Origin: Streptosporangiaceae bacterium
GTDB lineage: Bacteria; Actinomycetota; Actinomycetes; Streptosporangiales; Streptosporangiaceae
Reading direction: 5' to 3'
Length of the DNA: 64,000 nucleotides
NCBI GenBank assembly: GCA_050011155.1
Contig: JBEKJP010000007.1
Location: 31,553 to 95,552, forward strand
Position numbers and translations under genes: made by a program. Below are positions 45,404 through 53,557 of the stretch, one piece after another. Under the pieces are notes generated by a model. That model was not told where the DNA came from. It saw nothing but the letters and a program-made list of their open reading frames with translations, and did no database searches. Positions within the stretch are counted from its first letter, which is position 1; each line of letters begins with the position of its first letter.

Positions 45404-46393
45404 ATGGCGAAACTCAGGGTGCTGTTCATCGGGGGCAGCGGGATCATCAGCTCGGCGTGCTCGCGAGTCGCGGCCGACAGCGGCATCGAACTGTTCGTGC
45501 TGAACCGGGGGCGCAGCACCATCAGGCCGCTCCCGCCCGTCGTGCGCACGCTGCGGGGGGATATACGGGAACCGAGCTCCGTTCGGGATGAAATCAAAGA
45601 TCTCGAGTTCGACGCGGTGGCCGACTGGGTCGCCTTCACCCCGGAACACGTCCGCACCGACATCGAGCTGTTCCGCGGCCGGACCAGGCAGTACGTGTTC
45701 ATCAGCTCCGCCTCGGCCTACCAGACGCCGCCCGCCCGGGTGCCGGTCACCGAGTCCACGCCGCTGCGCAACCCGTACTGGCAGTACTCCCGGGACAAGA
45801 TCGCCTGCGAGGACCTCCTGGTGACGGCGTACCGGGACGAGGGGTTCCCGGCCACGATCATCCGGCCTTCGCACACCTACGACCAGACGTCGGTGCCGTT
45901 CGACGGCGGGTGGACCGTGCTAGGCCGGATGCTCGCGGGCAAGCCCGTCATCGTGCACGGCGACGGCACGTCACTGTGGACCCTGACCCACCACGACGAC
46001 TTCGCCCGGGCGTTCGTTCCGCTGCTAGGCCACCCGCGGACGATCGGCGAGGCCATCCACATCACCTCCGACGACGTGCTCACCTGGAACCAGGTCGCCG
46101 AAGCGCTCGCGGCGGCGCTGGGGGTTACCGCGCGCCCGGTGCACGTGCCTTCGGACGCCATCGCGGCCGCCGACCCCGGGTGGGGCGCCGGCCTGCTGGG
46201 TGACAAGGCGCACTCGATGGTGTTCGACAACGCCAAGCTGCGTAGCATCGTGCCCGGCTGGCAGGCGGTGATCCCGTTCGAGCAGGGGGCCAGGGAAATC
46301 GTGGAGTGGTACCTGGCCGACCCGGCGCGGCAGGTCACCGACGCCAGCTTGGACGCGGTGATGGACAAGCTCGCAGCGGCCTGGACTCCGTGA
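45404..46393 (+). CDS. NAD-dependent epimerase/dehydratase family (extended SDR) protein
   Basis: Rossmann motif FIGGSGIISSA and catalytic YSRDK (YxxxK). Confidence 0.85.
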   Translation: MAKLRVLFIGGSGIISSACSRVAADSGIELFVLNRGRSTIRPLPPVVRTLRGDIREPSSVRDEIKDLEFDAVADWVAFTPEHVRTDIELFRGRTRQYVFISSASAYQTPPARVPVTESTPLRNPYWQYSRDKIACEDLLVTAYRDEGFPATIIRPSHTYDQTSVPFDGGWTVLGRMLAGKPVIVHGDGTSLWTLTHHDDFARAFVPLLGHPRTIGEAIHITSDDVLTWNQVAEALAAALGVTARPVHVPSDAIAAADPGWGAGLLGDKAHSMVFDNAKLRSIVPGWQAVIPFEQGAREIVEWYLADPARQVTDASLDAVMDKLAAAWTP

Positions 46394-46398
46394 CCGGT

Positions 46399-47418
46399 AT
46401 GACCACGACCGCGCGGGACGTCCTCGCGGTGGCCCGCGAGCTCGCCGATGACCTGCTGTTCCCCGATGCGATGCGGGTCGACGGGCTGCACGTGCTCCCG
46501 GTCGCTCATCTCGACGCGCTCGCCGCGGCGGGCCTGTACGGGGCGCCGGTGCCCGCCGAGGCCGGCGGTCTCGGCCTGGACCTGGCGACTTCGTGCGCGG
46601 TGACCGAGGAACTGGCCAGCGGCTGCCTGGCCACGACGTTCGTCTGGCTACAGCACCGCGGCGTGGTCATGACCCTGGCGGCAGAGGGCACTCCCGCCGT
46701 ATTGCGCGACCGGTGGCTGGCCCCGGCCGTCCGGGGCGATGTCCGCGGCGCGATCGCCCTGGGCGGCCTGCTCCCCGGGCCGTCGCGGCTGCGCGCACTG
46801 CTCCACGACGGCGGGTGGCGGCTCGACGGCGAGGCGCCCTGGGTCACCGGCTGGGGGCTGACCGACCTGCTGCTGGTGGCCGCGCGGGGCCCGGACGACA
46901 GCATCGTGACGCTGATCCTGGACGCGGCTGCCCAGCCCGGGCTTACCGTGACCCGCGAACGGCTCGCCGCCGTCAACGCGACCGTCACCGTCCGGCTGGA
47001 CTTCGACGGCGTCCTGGTCCCGTGGGAGCGGTGGGCGGGCCAGGTCCCCTTCGACCCGGCCGAGAGCCTGCGGCCCGACCGGCTGCGGATCAACGGGTCG
47101 CTGGCGCTCGGTCTGGTCCGCCGCTGCACCAGGCTGCTCGGCCCGGGACCGCTGGACGACGAGCTGGCCGCCTGCCGCCAGCGGCTCGACGACGCGGCCA
47201 GCGCCACCCCCGAAGCGATGGCCCAGGCCCGGGCGGACGCCTCGGAACTGGCCATACGGGCCGCGGCGGCGCTGGCGGTGCGGGAAGGAAGCCGTTCGGT
47301 CACCGTGGACCAGCACGTGCAGCGACTGGCCCGCGAGGCGATGTTCCTGCTGGTGTTCGGGACGCGGCCGGGAATCAAGAACGCGCTGCTGCGGCGGCTG
47401 GGGGCCGGCCCGGGCTGA
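46399..47418 (+). CDS. Acyl-CoA dehydrogenase-family protein
   Basis: MTTTARDVLAVARELADDLLFP...LAAAGLYGAPVPAEAGGLGLD...LATTFVWLQH resembles ACAD N-terminal and middle domains. The start is placed at the ATG at 46399. Confidence 0.65.
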   Translation: MTTTARDVLAVARELADDLLFPDAMRVDGLHVLPVAHLDALAAAGLYGAPVPAEAGGLGLDLATSCAVTEELASGCLATTFVWLQHRGVVMTLAAEGTPAVLRDRWLAPAVRGDVRGAIALGGLLPGPSRLRALLHDGGWRLDGEAPWVTGWGLTDLLLVAARGPDDSIVTLILDAAAQPGLTVTRERLAAVNATVTVRLDFDGVLVPWERWAGQVPFDPAESLRPDRLRINGSLALGLVRRCTRLLGPGPLDDELAACRQRLDDAASATPEAMAQARADASELAIRAAAALAVREGSRSVTVDQHVQRLAREAMFLLVFGTRPGIKNALLRRLGAGPG

Positions 47419-47433
47419 TCTCGGCCGGGCGGC

Positions 47434-48219
47434 TCAGCCGCAGACCAGGCAGCCGCTGTGGGTGGTGATCGGGAAGAGCGCCGGATCGGCCGGCAGCCTG
47501 CTGAGCACGGCCGCGGTGAGCGATTCGGCGTCCGGCACGCGGCTGCGCACGTACGCGGCGATGGGTTCCGTGCTCGGCACCTGGAGCTGGCCCACGAAGT
47601 CGTGCCTGGTCACGGACGCGAACACGGAACGCAGCAGCAATTCGCCCTGGTCCAGGTCGATCCGCTCGCGCGGTCGTACCGGCGGCTGGCCCAGGCTGGC
47701 CAGGCCCTCCGCGATGAGGCCGCGCAGTTCGCGCAGGTGATCCGCGCCGTTCAGGCCGACTATCAGGCGCCCGCCGGGCCGGGTGATCCGGCGCAGCTCA
47801 CGGACCGCGCGATCCGGCTCGGGGACGTGGTACAGCATGTGCATGGCCAAGGTGAGGCCGACCGCCCCGTCCCTGACCGGCAACGCCGCCGCGTCCGCGA
47901 CCAGCAGGGCGGCCCGCGGGGCGCGGCTCCTGGCGGCGGTCAGCATGCCGGGCGACATATCGACTCCGAGCACCGGGCCCTCGTGCCCGCGGCGAGCCAG
48001 TTCGGCCAGGTACAAGCCGTTGCCGCAGCCGACATCCGCGACGGCTTCGGCGCCGTCGAGGTCAGCTAGGTCCAGTGCTTCGCGAGCCAGGTCTATCCGC
48101 GGCTGCTGGTAGGCGTAGATGGACTGCCGCGCGGCCAGGTTGACGTCGGTCTTGTACTGGACTTCCCGCAGGTAAGGCTGGTCTGTCCAGGGATCGGAGG
48201 CGGGGCCTGGATCGGTCAC
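47434..48219 (-). CDS. Class I SAM-dependent methyltransferase
   Basis: Motif I VADVGCGNGLYLAELA and motif II-like LLVADAAALP. Confidence 0.82.
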   Translation of the reverse strand: MTDPGPASDPWTDQPYLREVQYKTDVNLAARQSIYAYQQPRIDLAREALDLADLDGAEAVADVGCGNGLYLAELARRGHEGPVLGVDMSPGMLTAARSRAPRAALLVADAAALPVRDGAVGLTLAMHMLYHVPEPDRAVRELRRITRPGGRLIVGLNGADHLRELRGLIAEGLASLGQPPVRPRERIDLDQGELLLRSVFASVTRHDFVGQLQVPSTEPIAAYVRSRVPDAESLTAAVLSRLPADPALFPITTHSGCLVCG

Positions 48220-48226
48220 GCGGTTC

Positions 48227-48583
48227 TCAGCGAGCCGATCCGCCGGCGATCTCGTAAGACCACAGCTCGCTGTCGACCCCCACCGGATGCGGTGCCTCGC
48301 CGCCCGCCCGCTCGGCGGCGGACCGGTGCCCGTGCGAGAACGCCGGGGAGCTCACCCAGGTCTGGAAGGCGGTCTCGTCCCGCCATCGGGTCACCACCAG
48401 CCAGGTGGTTCGTTGGTCGGTGGGCTTGAGCAGCTCGAAGCCCTCGAAGCCGTCCTGGTTGTCGACCGCGCCAGCCCGGGCGGCGAACCGGCGGGCCAGC
48501 TCATCTCCACTATCGGCGGGCACAGTAATCGCGTTGATCCTCACTACTGTCACCTGGTCAACGTACCAATAAGTCAAGAGCAA
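48227..48583 (-). CDS. Antibiotic-biosynthesis-monooxygenase (ABM) domain protein (IsdG/MhuD-like)
   Basis: About 105-118 aa. ...VVRINAITVPADSGDELARRFAARAGAVDNQDGFEGFELLKP...WLVVTRWRDETAFQTWVSSPAF is typical of the ABM fold. Confidence 0.75.
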   Translation of the reverse strand: MLLTYWYVDQVTVVRINAITVPADSGDELARRFAARAGAVDNQDGFEGFELLKPTDQRTTWLVVTRWRDETAFQTWVSSPAFSHGHRSAAERAGGEAPHPVGVDSELWSYEIAGGSAR

Positions 48584-48708
48584 GCGCCGCGACCGTGAGC
48601 CAGTGTCGCCGCCTGGTCATCGAGGCGGTAATCCGGCTTCCCCGTGTCCCGGCGTCCTCGCGCTGCCCTCGCCCGTCCCGCTGATCACATGCGCATCAGC
48701 CCGGCCGG

Positions 48709-48755
48709 ATCGTGTCGAGTTACCACCCGCACAACGGGGGATAACTCGACACGAT
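48709..48755. repeat. Perfect 14-bp inverted repeat (ATCGTGTCGAGTTA / TAACTCGACACGAT) with a 19-nt loop
   Basis: Read directly from the sequence. It lies about 125-170 bp upstream of the ABM gene start, inside the ORF-poor gap. Confidence 0.8.
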
Positions 48756-48844
48756 GATCGGGCACCGCCGCGTGCCGCCAGAGTTATGTCCCCCATGTGT
48801 CCCTGCTGTCGCAGCGGCCGCGACCATGGACAGAAACCCGCGGG

Positions 48845-48862
48845 TTCCCGCGGGTTGCGATC
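48845..48862. repeat. TTCCCGCGGGTTGCGATC, left member of an exact 18-nt inverted repeat pair
   Basis: The exact reverse complement occurs at 49475-49492, and a 16/18 direct copy occurs at 49115-49132. Related CCCGCG(G/C)G motifs are nearby. Confidence 0.8.
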
Positions 48863-49114
48863 AGCGATGCTTACCCGCGCGTTATCCCTGTGATCTTTGA
48901 GGTTCGGGTAATCGTCAGGGGGTCGCTGCCCGCCGCTGCCGGCGCCATGAAACCGGGCTTCGAGTACGTCCGGACGCACTGGAAGCCCGGTATCACTGCG
49001 TGCGGTTCCCGGGCGGGAACGGCCGCTGCCCGGCGAGAGGGCCAGAGCTGGATCGCCGCCTCGATGACCAGGCGGTCAGTCCGGTCCGCCTTTTCACATT
49101 TGGGATCCTTCGCT

Positions 49115-49132
49115 TTCCCGCGGGTTCAGATC
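49115..49132. repeat. TTCCCGCGGGTTCAGATC, a related direct copy of the 18-nt motif
   Basis: Matches the 48845 copy at 16 of 18 positions. Confidence 0.6.
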
Positions 49133-49188
49133 CGCAGTCGCGGCCGGCGGCTTCCCGTCCTGTTACCAGAGAGAAGCCTGAGCTCCCC

Positions 49189-49271
49189 TAACGGGGTGGA
49201 TATGGCTTACGGGGTGGATTCGGTACCCCCTGGGGCCCCTGATCCACCCAAGAAGCCGGATCCACCCCGTT
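49189..49271. repeat. Copy D of the ~80-bp GGATCCACCCCGT palindromic element
   Basis: taacggggtggatatggcttacggggtggattcggtacccc-ctg-gggcccctgatccacccaagaagccggatccaccccgtt. The arms are about 80% complementary. Confidence 0.7.
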
Positions 49272-49474
49272 CGCCCGGACAGCTGCCGGCCGCTGGTGCC
49301 GGAGCGGCCAGTCCGGGCGGGCTATTCCGGTAGCGTCGGCCAGGGGGCCGTCACTGTGTTCTCCTGCGCACCAGGGGTCTCGGCGCTACCGCACATCACG
49401 CACAACAAAAAGCACGCACCTGGATCACGCGCCTCCCGCAGGTAACACCCCAGGAGCCGGCCGCCATGACCGCG

Positions 49475-49492
49475 GATCGCAACCCGCGGGAA
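49475..49492. repeat. GATCGCAACCCGCGGGAA, right member of the exact 18-nt inverted repeat pair
   Basis: Exact reverse complement of 48845-48862. Confidence 0.8.
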
Positions 49493-49625
49493 ATGAGAGA
49501 TCTCGATCCGCGGTAACGGAACCACGCGCGGAAACGGACAAAGGGGACTGCTGACAGTCCAGTGGTCTGGAGACGCGCCGGGCTTGGACGCTGACCTCGA
49601 CGGGCAAAGCACGGCAAGTCCGGGG

Positions 49626-49730
49626 CTAGCGTTCCTTCGTTTCGCGGGCGAACCGACGCCAGGCGGCTGACGTGAACCGCAGTACGGAGTAACTGGACTT
49701 CCGACTGGAGCGGGACCTGGAAGCTGGAAA
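49626..49730 (-). pseudogene. Possible DUF397-family gene remnant, internally deleted and lacking a start codon
   Basis: The minus-strand frame reads ...SRKSSYS-VLRFTSAAWRRFARETKER*. (W)RKSSYS and LxFTxxxWxxFxxxxK are the N- and C-terminal signatures of DUF397. The central ~35 aa are missing, and no ATG, GTG or TTG follows the upstream in-frame TGA. Confidence 0.35.
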
Positions 49731-50015
49731 CCGGCCTGCCGTCCGTCGTACTCGGGCATGAGGACCCGGCGCCGCTCGAGGTGATGGTCAAGCATCGAGG
49801 TTTTCTTTGCGGATATACCAGACGTGCCAGGTGATCAGGCAGGCCAGCGTGGCGAACCACTCTACGGTGGTGACCAGGAAGATGAGGTCGCCGCTCCGTC
49901 CTCCAGTCGCTCCGCGGCGAAGGTGACCCGGCCGACCGAGGCGAGCACGGCACGACCTCCGGCCACTCCCCGGCGACCGGCCCCTGTCGTGGTCACGGCC
50001 GCCAGTTCTGGCCCC

Positions 50016-50130
50016 GGGAACGGGCCAGGAAACGGAAACGGCAACGGCAACGGACCAGGAAACGGGAACGGCCCGGATAAGAACGGGAACGGCCCGGGCA
50101 ACGGAAACGGCCCAGGCAAGGGGAAGGGGC
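50016..50130. repeat. Degenerate hexanucleotide repeat tract (AACGGN)n, about 11 AACGG cores
   Basis: gggaacgggccaggaaacggaaacggcaacggcaacggaccaggaaacgggaacggcccggataagaacgggaacggcccgggcaacggaaacggccc. It is open on both strands, as a GNGPGNG... frame on plus and a PFPFPGP... frame on minus. Confidence 0.75.
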
Positions 50131-50150
50131 CAGGTAGCTGAGGCGCGGCT

Positions 50151-50699
50151 TTACCGATCCCTGATCGCGAGGGTCTTGCGGAACTGGCGTGTGGTCAGGC
50201 CGAACCAGCGGTCGGTCGTGCCCTCGTCGTCCATGCCCAGCCGGGCGGCGACCGCCTGCGAGCGGACGTTATCCAGATCGGTCAGGGCGAGAACCTCGCC
50301 GAGCCCCGCTCCGGCCGCCGCGGCGAGCACCGCTTCGGCGGCTTCGGTGGCGAGTCCTTGACCCTGACCTCGCGGATGCAGGTGCCAGCCGATTTCCAGC
50401 AGGCCGGCCGGGCCGTCGGCGTCCGCTAGCGGCAGCAGCAGGAGCGTCCCGACTGGCTCCTGTGGCGTGGGCGACAGCGGGACCATGGCCCACATGCCGA
50501 GCGGCGGGTCGAGCTTGCGCGTCCCGGCTCTCCACCGGGCCAGTCGCTCCCGCGCCTCGTCCACGGTCGCCAGGGCGCGGCGGGGCTGCGGTCCCAGCCA
50601 CCGCATGACGTCGTCGCGCGAGTAGAGATCGAAGAACGCGTCGAGGTCGGATTCCTCCCAGTGCCGGAGCAGGAGACGCGACGTCTTTGTCAGTTCCAC
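50151..50699 (-). CDS. GNAT-family N-acetyltransferase (RimJ/RimL-like)
   Basis: LLLRHWEESDLDAFFDLYSRDDVMRWL is typical of the Acetyltransf_3 N-terminus. HPRGQGQGLATEA is the acetyl-CoA-binding (R/Q)xxGxG motif. Confidence 0.85.
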   Translation of the reverse strand: MELTKTSRLLLRHWEESDLDAFFDLYSRDDVMRWLGPQPRRALATVDEARERLARWRAGTRKLDPPLGMWAMVPLSPTPQEPVGTLLLLPLADADGPAGLLEIGWHLHPRGQGQGLATEAAEAVLAAAAGAGLGEVLALTDLDNVRSQAVAARLGMDDEGTTDRWFGLTTRQFRKTLAIRDR

Positions 50700-50917
50700 C
50701 GGCGGCGCTACCTGGCGGCGTGAGGGTCGTGGAGCTGGGCGAACCTGGCGCGCTTGGATTCGAGCATCTCCGCCTCCGTGGTCGCTCCGTCATCGTAGGC
50801 CGGGGAGACCCGGGCTCGTGGATCAGCGCCGGTCGTCGGTCAGGATTCCCATCGCTACCCATCCAGGTCTCGATCCCCGCTCACGTTACCGCCGCGGATT
50901 CATGAGGCAGGCGGCGG

Positions 50918-52600
50918 GTGGAAACCGGTTGGCGTGACGGCGGCGGAGGCCATGATGGTCTCGTGACGGCAGGAGTTCCGATGAGCGGTGGCGACCAGCC
51001 CGGCGTGACCTTCCCCGCCGGGGCGGACGGCCGGCGGAGCACGTCGGCGCTCGGCCGTGCGGTGGTCGCCGACGCGCTGAACCGGGTGGACCCGGCCGGG
51101 GCGCTCGCCGCCAGCCGGGAGGGTAACTGGCGCGCGGGCTACCTGACCCACTTCCGCCGACTGGTCGAGGCCGGGCTGGAGTCGAGGCAGGCCGCGGTAT
51201 CCGTGGCCCACGACGGCCTGGCGTCACTGCACCAGCGGATGCGCGTCACCGGCCCGGACGGTGCGGAGCGCGGGCTGGACTCACTGGTCTCGGCGGCGGC
51301 CCGGCACGAGCTGGCCACCGTCACGGTGACCGGCACCGGAGAGCCGGAACGCGAGCTGTCGGTTCCCTACCGGGGAGAGCGGCTGAGCGGCGACGCCCTG
51401 CTACGTCGGCTGGAGGCGTGGGTCACCGCGGGTGTCATCGAGCCGTCCTGCGCGGCAGCCGTCACCCAGGTCGTGGCGAATCCGCAGATGCTGGCCCTGC
51501 CCGGCCGCACGGTCGCCGTGCTCGGCGCTGGCGCCGAGATCGGCCCGCTCTCGGTCCTGCTGAGCTGGGGAATCCGGGTCGCCGCGGTCGACCTGCCCAG
51601 CTCGGCCAGCTGGGCCCGCGTGCTCGAAATGACCCGTCGCAGCGCGGGAACCCTGCTCGTCCCGGTCGCGCGCGGAGGTCCGTTCGCCGACAGCGCCGTC
51701 GGCGAACGCACCGACGGCGCCACCGAAGGTCCGGATCTAGCCGAACGGGCTGGCTTCGACCTGGTCGCCGATGTTCCTGCCGTCGCGGGCTGGCTGGCGG
51801 GCACCGACGGCCAGCTGACGATCGGCAACTACGCCTACGCCGACGGCGCGGCCAACGTCCGCGTCGCTAGTGCGGTCGACGCGCTGACCGTGCGCCTGGT
51901 GGCGGAACGACACGATGTCTCGCTCGCGTTCCTGGCCACGCCCACCGACGTGTTCGCCGTCCCGGCCGAGGCGGTCTCCCACGCGGCCCGCGCCTACGCG
52001 GACCGGTCCCCGGCGGCGAAGCTCGGCCGCTGGCCGCTGCGGACGCTGTCCGGCGGGCGGCTGCTCCGCCCCGCTTACCCGCCGGGAGCCGACCCGGGCA
52101 TCTGTGACAGCCTGATCGCCCAGCAGGGCCCGAACTACGTGCTGGCCAAGCGCCTGCAGCGGTGGCGCGCCACGGTGGCCAGGTCCGGCGGCGCGACCGT
52201 GTCGATGAACGTCGCCCCGCCGACCCGCACCCGGTCGGTGACCAAGAACCGGGTGCTGGCGGCGGCCTACGCGGGGGCCGGCCGGTTCGGCGTGGAGGTC
52301 TTCGAGCCCGCCACCACCAAGGCGCTGATGGCGGCGCTACTCGTCCGCGACCTGGAGACCGGCGGCGACCCGCCTCAGACCCATCCCTGGCAGGACGAGG
52401 CCCACGCGGCCGCGCACGGCGGGCTGTGGCGGATCGCCTACACCCCCCGCAGCGCGCTCGGGCTGGCGGCCCTGCTCGGCTACGCCGCGGCCCGGCGAGG
52501 CGGCTCGTTACCCGATCACCTTGTACCACCTGCGACGAGATGTGTCAGCAGGGTAATTACAGTTCGGCAACTGGGATGTATGTGTGTGACTACTGGTTGA
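50918..52600 (+). CDS. Uncharacterised ~540-aa protein with an internal Rossmann-like GxGxxxG segment
   Basis: Long ORF with strong GC3 bias. VAVLGAGAEIGPLSVLLSWGIRVAAVDLP looks like a dinucleotide-binding beta-alpha-beta unit. The start is uncertain (GTG at 50918 or ATG at 50981). The last ~35 codons run through a lower-GC promoter-like stretch. Confidence 0.6.
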   Translation: METGWRDGGGGHDGLVTAGVPMSGGDQPGVTFPAGADGRRSTSALGRAVVADALNRVDPAGALAASREGNWRAGYLTHFRRLVEAGLESRQAAVSVAHDGLASLHQRMRVTGPDGAERGLDSLVSAAARHELATVTVTGTGEPERELSVPYRGERLSGDALLRRLEAWVTAGVIEPSCAAAVTQVVANPQMLALPGRTVAVLGAGAEIGPLSVLLSWGIRVAAVDLPSSASWARVLEMTRRSAGTLLVPVARGGPFADSAVGERTDGATEGPDLAERAGFDLVADVPAVAGWLAGTDGQLTIGNYAYADGAANVRVASAVDALTVRLVAERHDVSLAFLATPTDVFAVPAEAVSHAARAYADRSPAAKLGRWPLRTLSGGRLLRPAYPPGADPGICDSLIAQQGPNYVLAKRLQRWRATVARSGGATVSMNVAPPTRTRSVTKNRVLAAAYAGAGRFGVEVFEPATTKALMAALLVRDLETGGDPPQTHPWQDEAHAAAHGGLWRIAYTPRSALGLAALLGYAAARRGGSLPDHLVPPATRCVSRVITVRQLGCMCVTTG

Positions 52601-52612
52601 TATGGTCAGCAG

Positions 52613-53557
52613 ATGATGATCTCTCGCAAGGTGGCAGTGGTCGCGCTGCTGTGCATTCCACTGGCCGCGGCGGGCTGCAGTTCGTCCAGTTCGTCCTCCA
52701 CTGCCTCGGGCGGCGCGAGCAGCTCCACGCCGGCGGGGTCACCGTCGGCCTCCGCCTCGTCGTCCCCGACGGGATCGGGCCCGGTCAACGTCCTGTACGC
52801 CGGGTCGCTGGTCGACCTGATGCAGAAGCAGATCGGGCCGGCCTTCCAGACGGCGACCGGCTACAGCGTCTCCGGCATCTCGGCCGGTTCGAAGGACCTG
52901 GCCACGGAGATCAAGGGCAAGGTCCACCAGGGCGACGTGTTCATCAGCGCCAGCCCCAAGGTCAACGCCACGCTCGAGGGCGCCTCGAACGGCAGCTGGG
53001 TGTCGTGGTACGGCACGTTCGCGACGTCGGCGCTGGTCATCGGCTACAACCCGAAGAGCAAGTTCGCCACCGACATCAAGACCATGCCGTGGTACAAGGC
53101 CATCACCGAGCCGGGGATCAGAGTCGGGTTCACCGACCCGGCCACCGACCCGAAGGGCGTGCTGGCCGTCCAGGCGATGACCGACTTCGCCAAGTCGAAG
53201 AACCTGCCGGCGCTGAAGACGCTGTCCACCGACAAATCCGACATCTTCCCTGAGGAGACCCTGGTCGGCCGGCTGCAGGCCGGCCAGCTCGACGCCGGGT
53301 TCTTCTACACCGCCGAGGCGACCGCGGCCAGCATCCCGACCGTGCCGCTCACCGGCGAGGACCTCAAGGCCACCTACACGATCACCATCTTGAACAAGGC
53401 GCCGCACGAGGCGGGAGCCGAGGCGTTCGTCAACTACCTGCTCGGCTCGGGCGGGCAGGCGGCCCTTAAGCAAGACGGATTCGTCCTGGTCAGCCCGGCG
53501 ACCGTGACCGGGTCCGGCGTGCCGTCCTCGCTGCAGAGCGTGCTGCCGCCGTCTTGA
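52613..53557 (+). CDS. Periplasmic-type oxyanion-binding lipoprotein (WtpA/ModA-like molybdate/tungstate family)
   Basis: Signal peptide with lipobox (LAAAGCSSS), a Ser-rich linker, then VNVLYAGSLVDLMQKQIGPAF...GISAGSKDLATEI..GDVFISASP, which is characteristic of the WtpA/ModA-type fold. Confidence 0.75.
   Translation: MMISRKVAVVALLCIPLAAAGCSSSSSSSTASGGASSSTPAGSPSASASSSPTGSGPVNVLYAGSLVDLMQKQIGPAFQTATGYSVSGISAGSKDLATEIKGKVHQGDVFISASPKVNATLEGASNGSWVSWYGTFATSALVIGYNPKSKFATDIKTMPWYKAITEPGIRVGFTDPATDPKGVLAVQAMTDFAKSKNLPALKTLSTDKSDIFPEETLVGRLQAGQLDAGFFYTAEATAASIPTVPLTGEDLKATYTITILNKAPHEAGAEAFVNYLLGSGGQAALKQDGFVLVSPATVTGSGVPSSLQSVLPPS

Noticed and set aside
48830-49540. Possible degenerate CRISPR array, suggested by recurring CCCGCGGG-containing motifs
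   Set aside because: The motif copies are irregularly spaced (11 to ~350 nt apart), occur in both orientations, are not of uniform length, and no cas genes are present. This is not a CRISPR architecture.
49824-50141. ORF encoding a GNGPGNG-rich 105-aa protein as a genuine gene
   Set aside because: There is no RBS. It uses Gly GGA and Pro CCA codons that are rare in neighbouring genes, its N-terminal half is compositionally non-protein-like, and the opposite strand is equally open. It is retained only as a repeat feature.
50700-50917. Short minus-strand frame ...SPAYDDGATTEAEMLESKRARFAQLHDPHAAR-stop, upstream of the GNAT gene, as a small gene or remnant
   Set aside because: It is only 41 codons between stops. 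The only internal start would give a 19-aa product, and no family was recognised. Evidence is insufficient.
52490-52612. Moco/tungsten-cofactor riboswitch upstream of the WtpA/ModA-like gene
   Set aside because: The lower-GC stretch lacks the conserved Moco riboswitch elements I can recall and is covered by the tail of the upstream ORF. It is more likely a plain promoter region.
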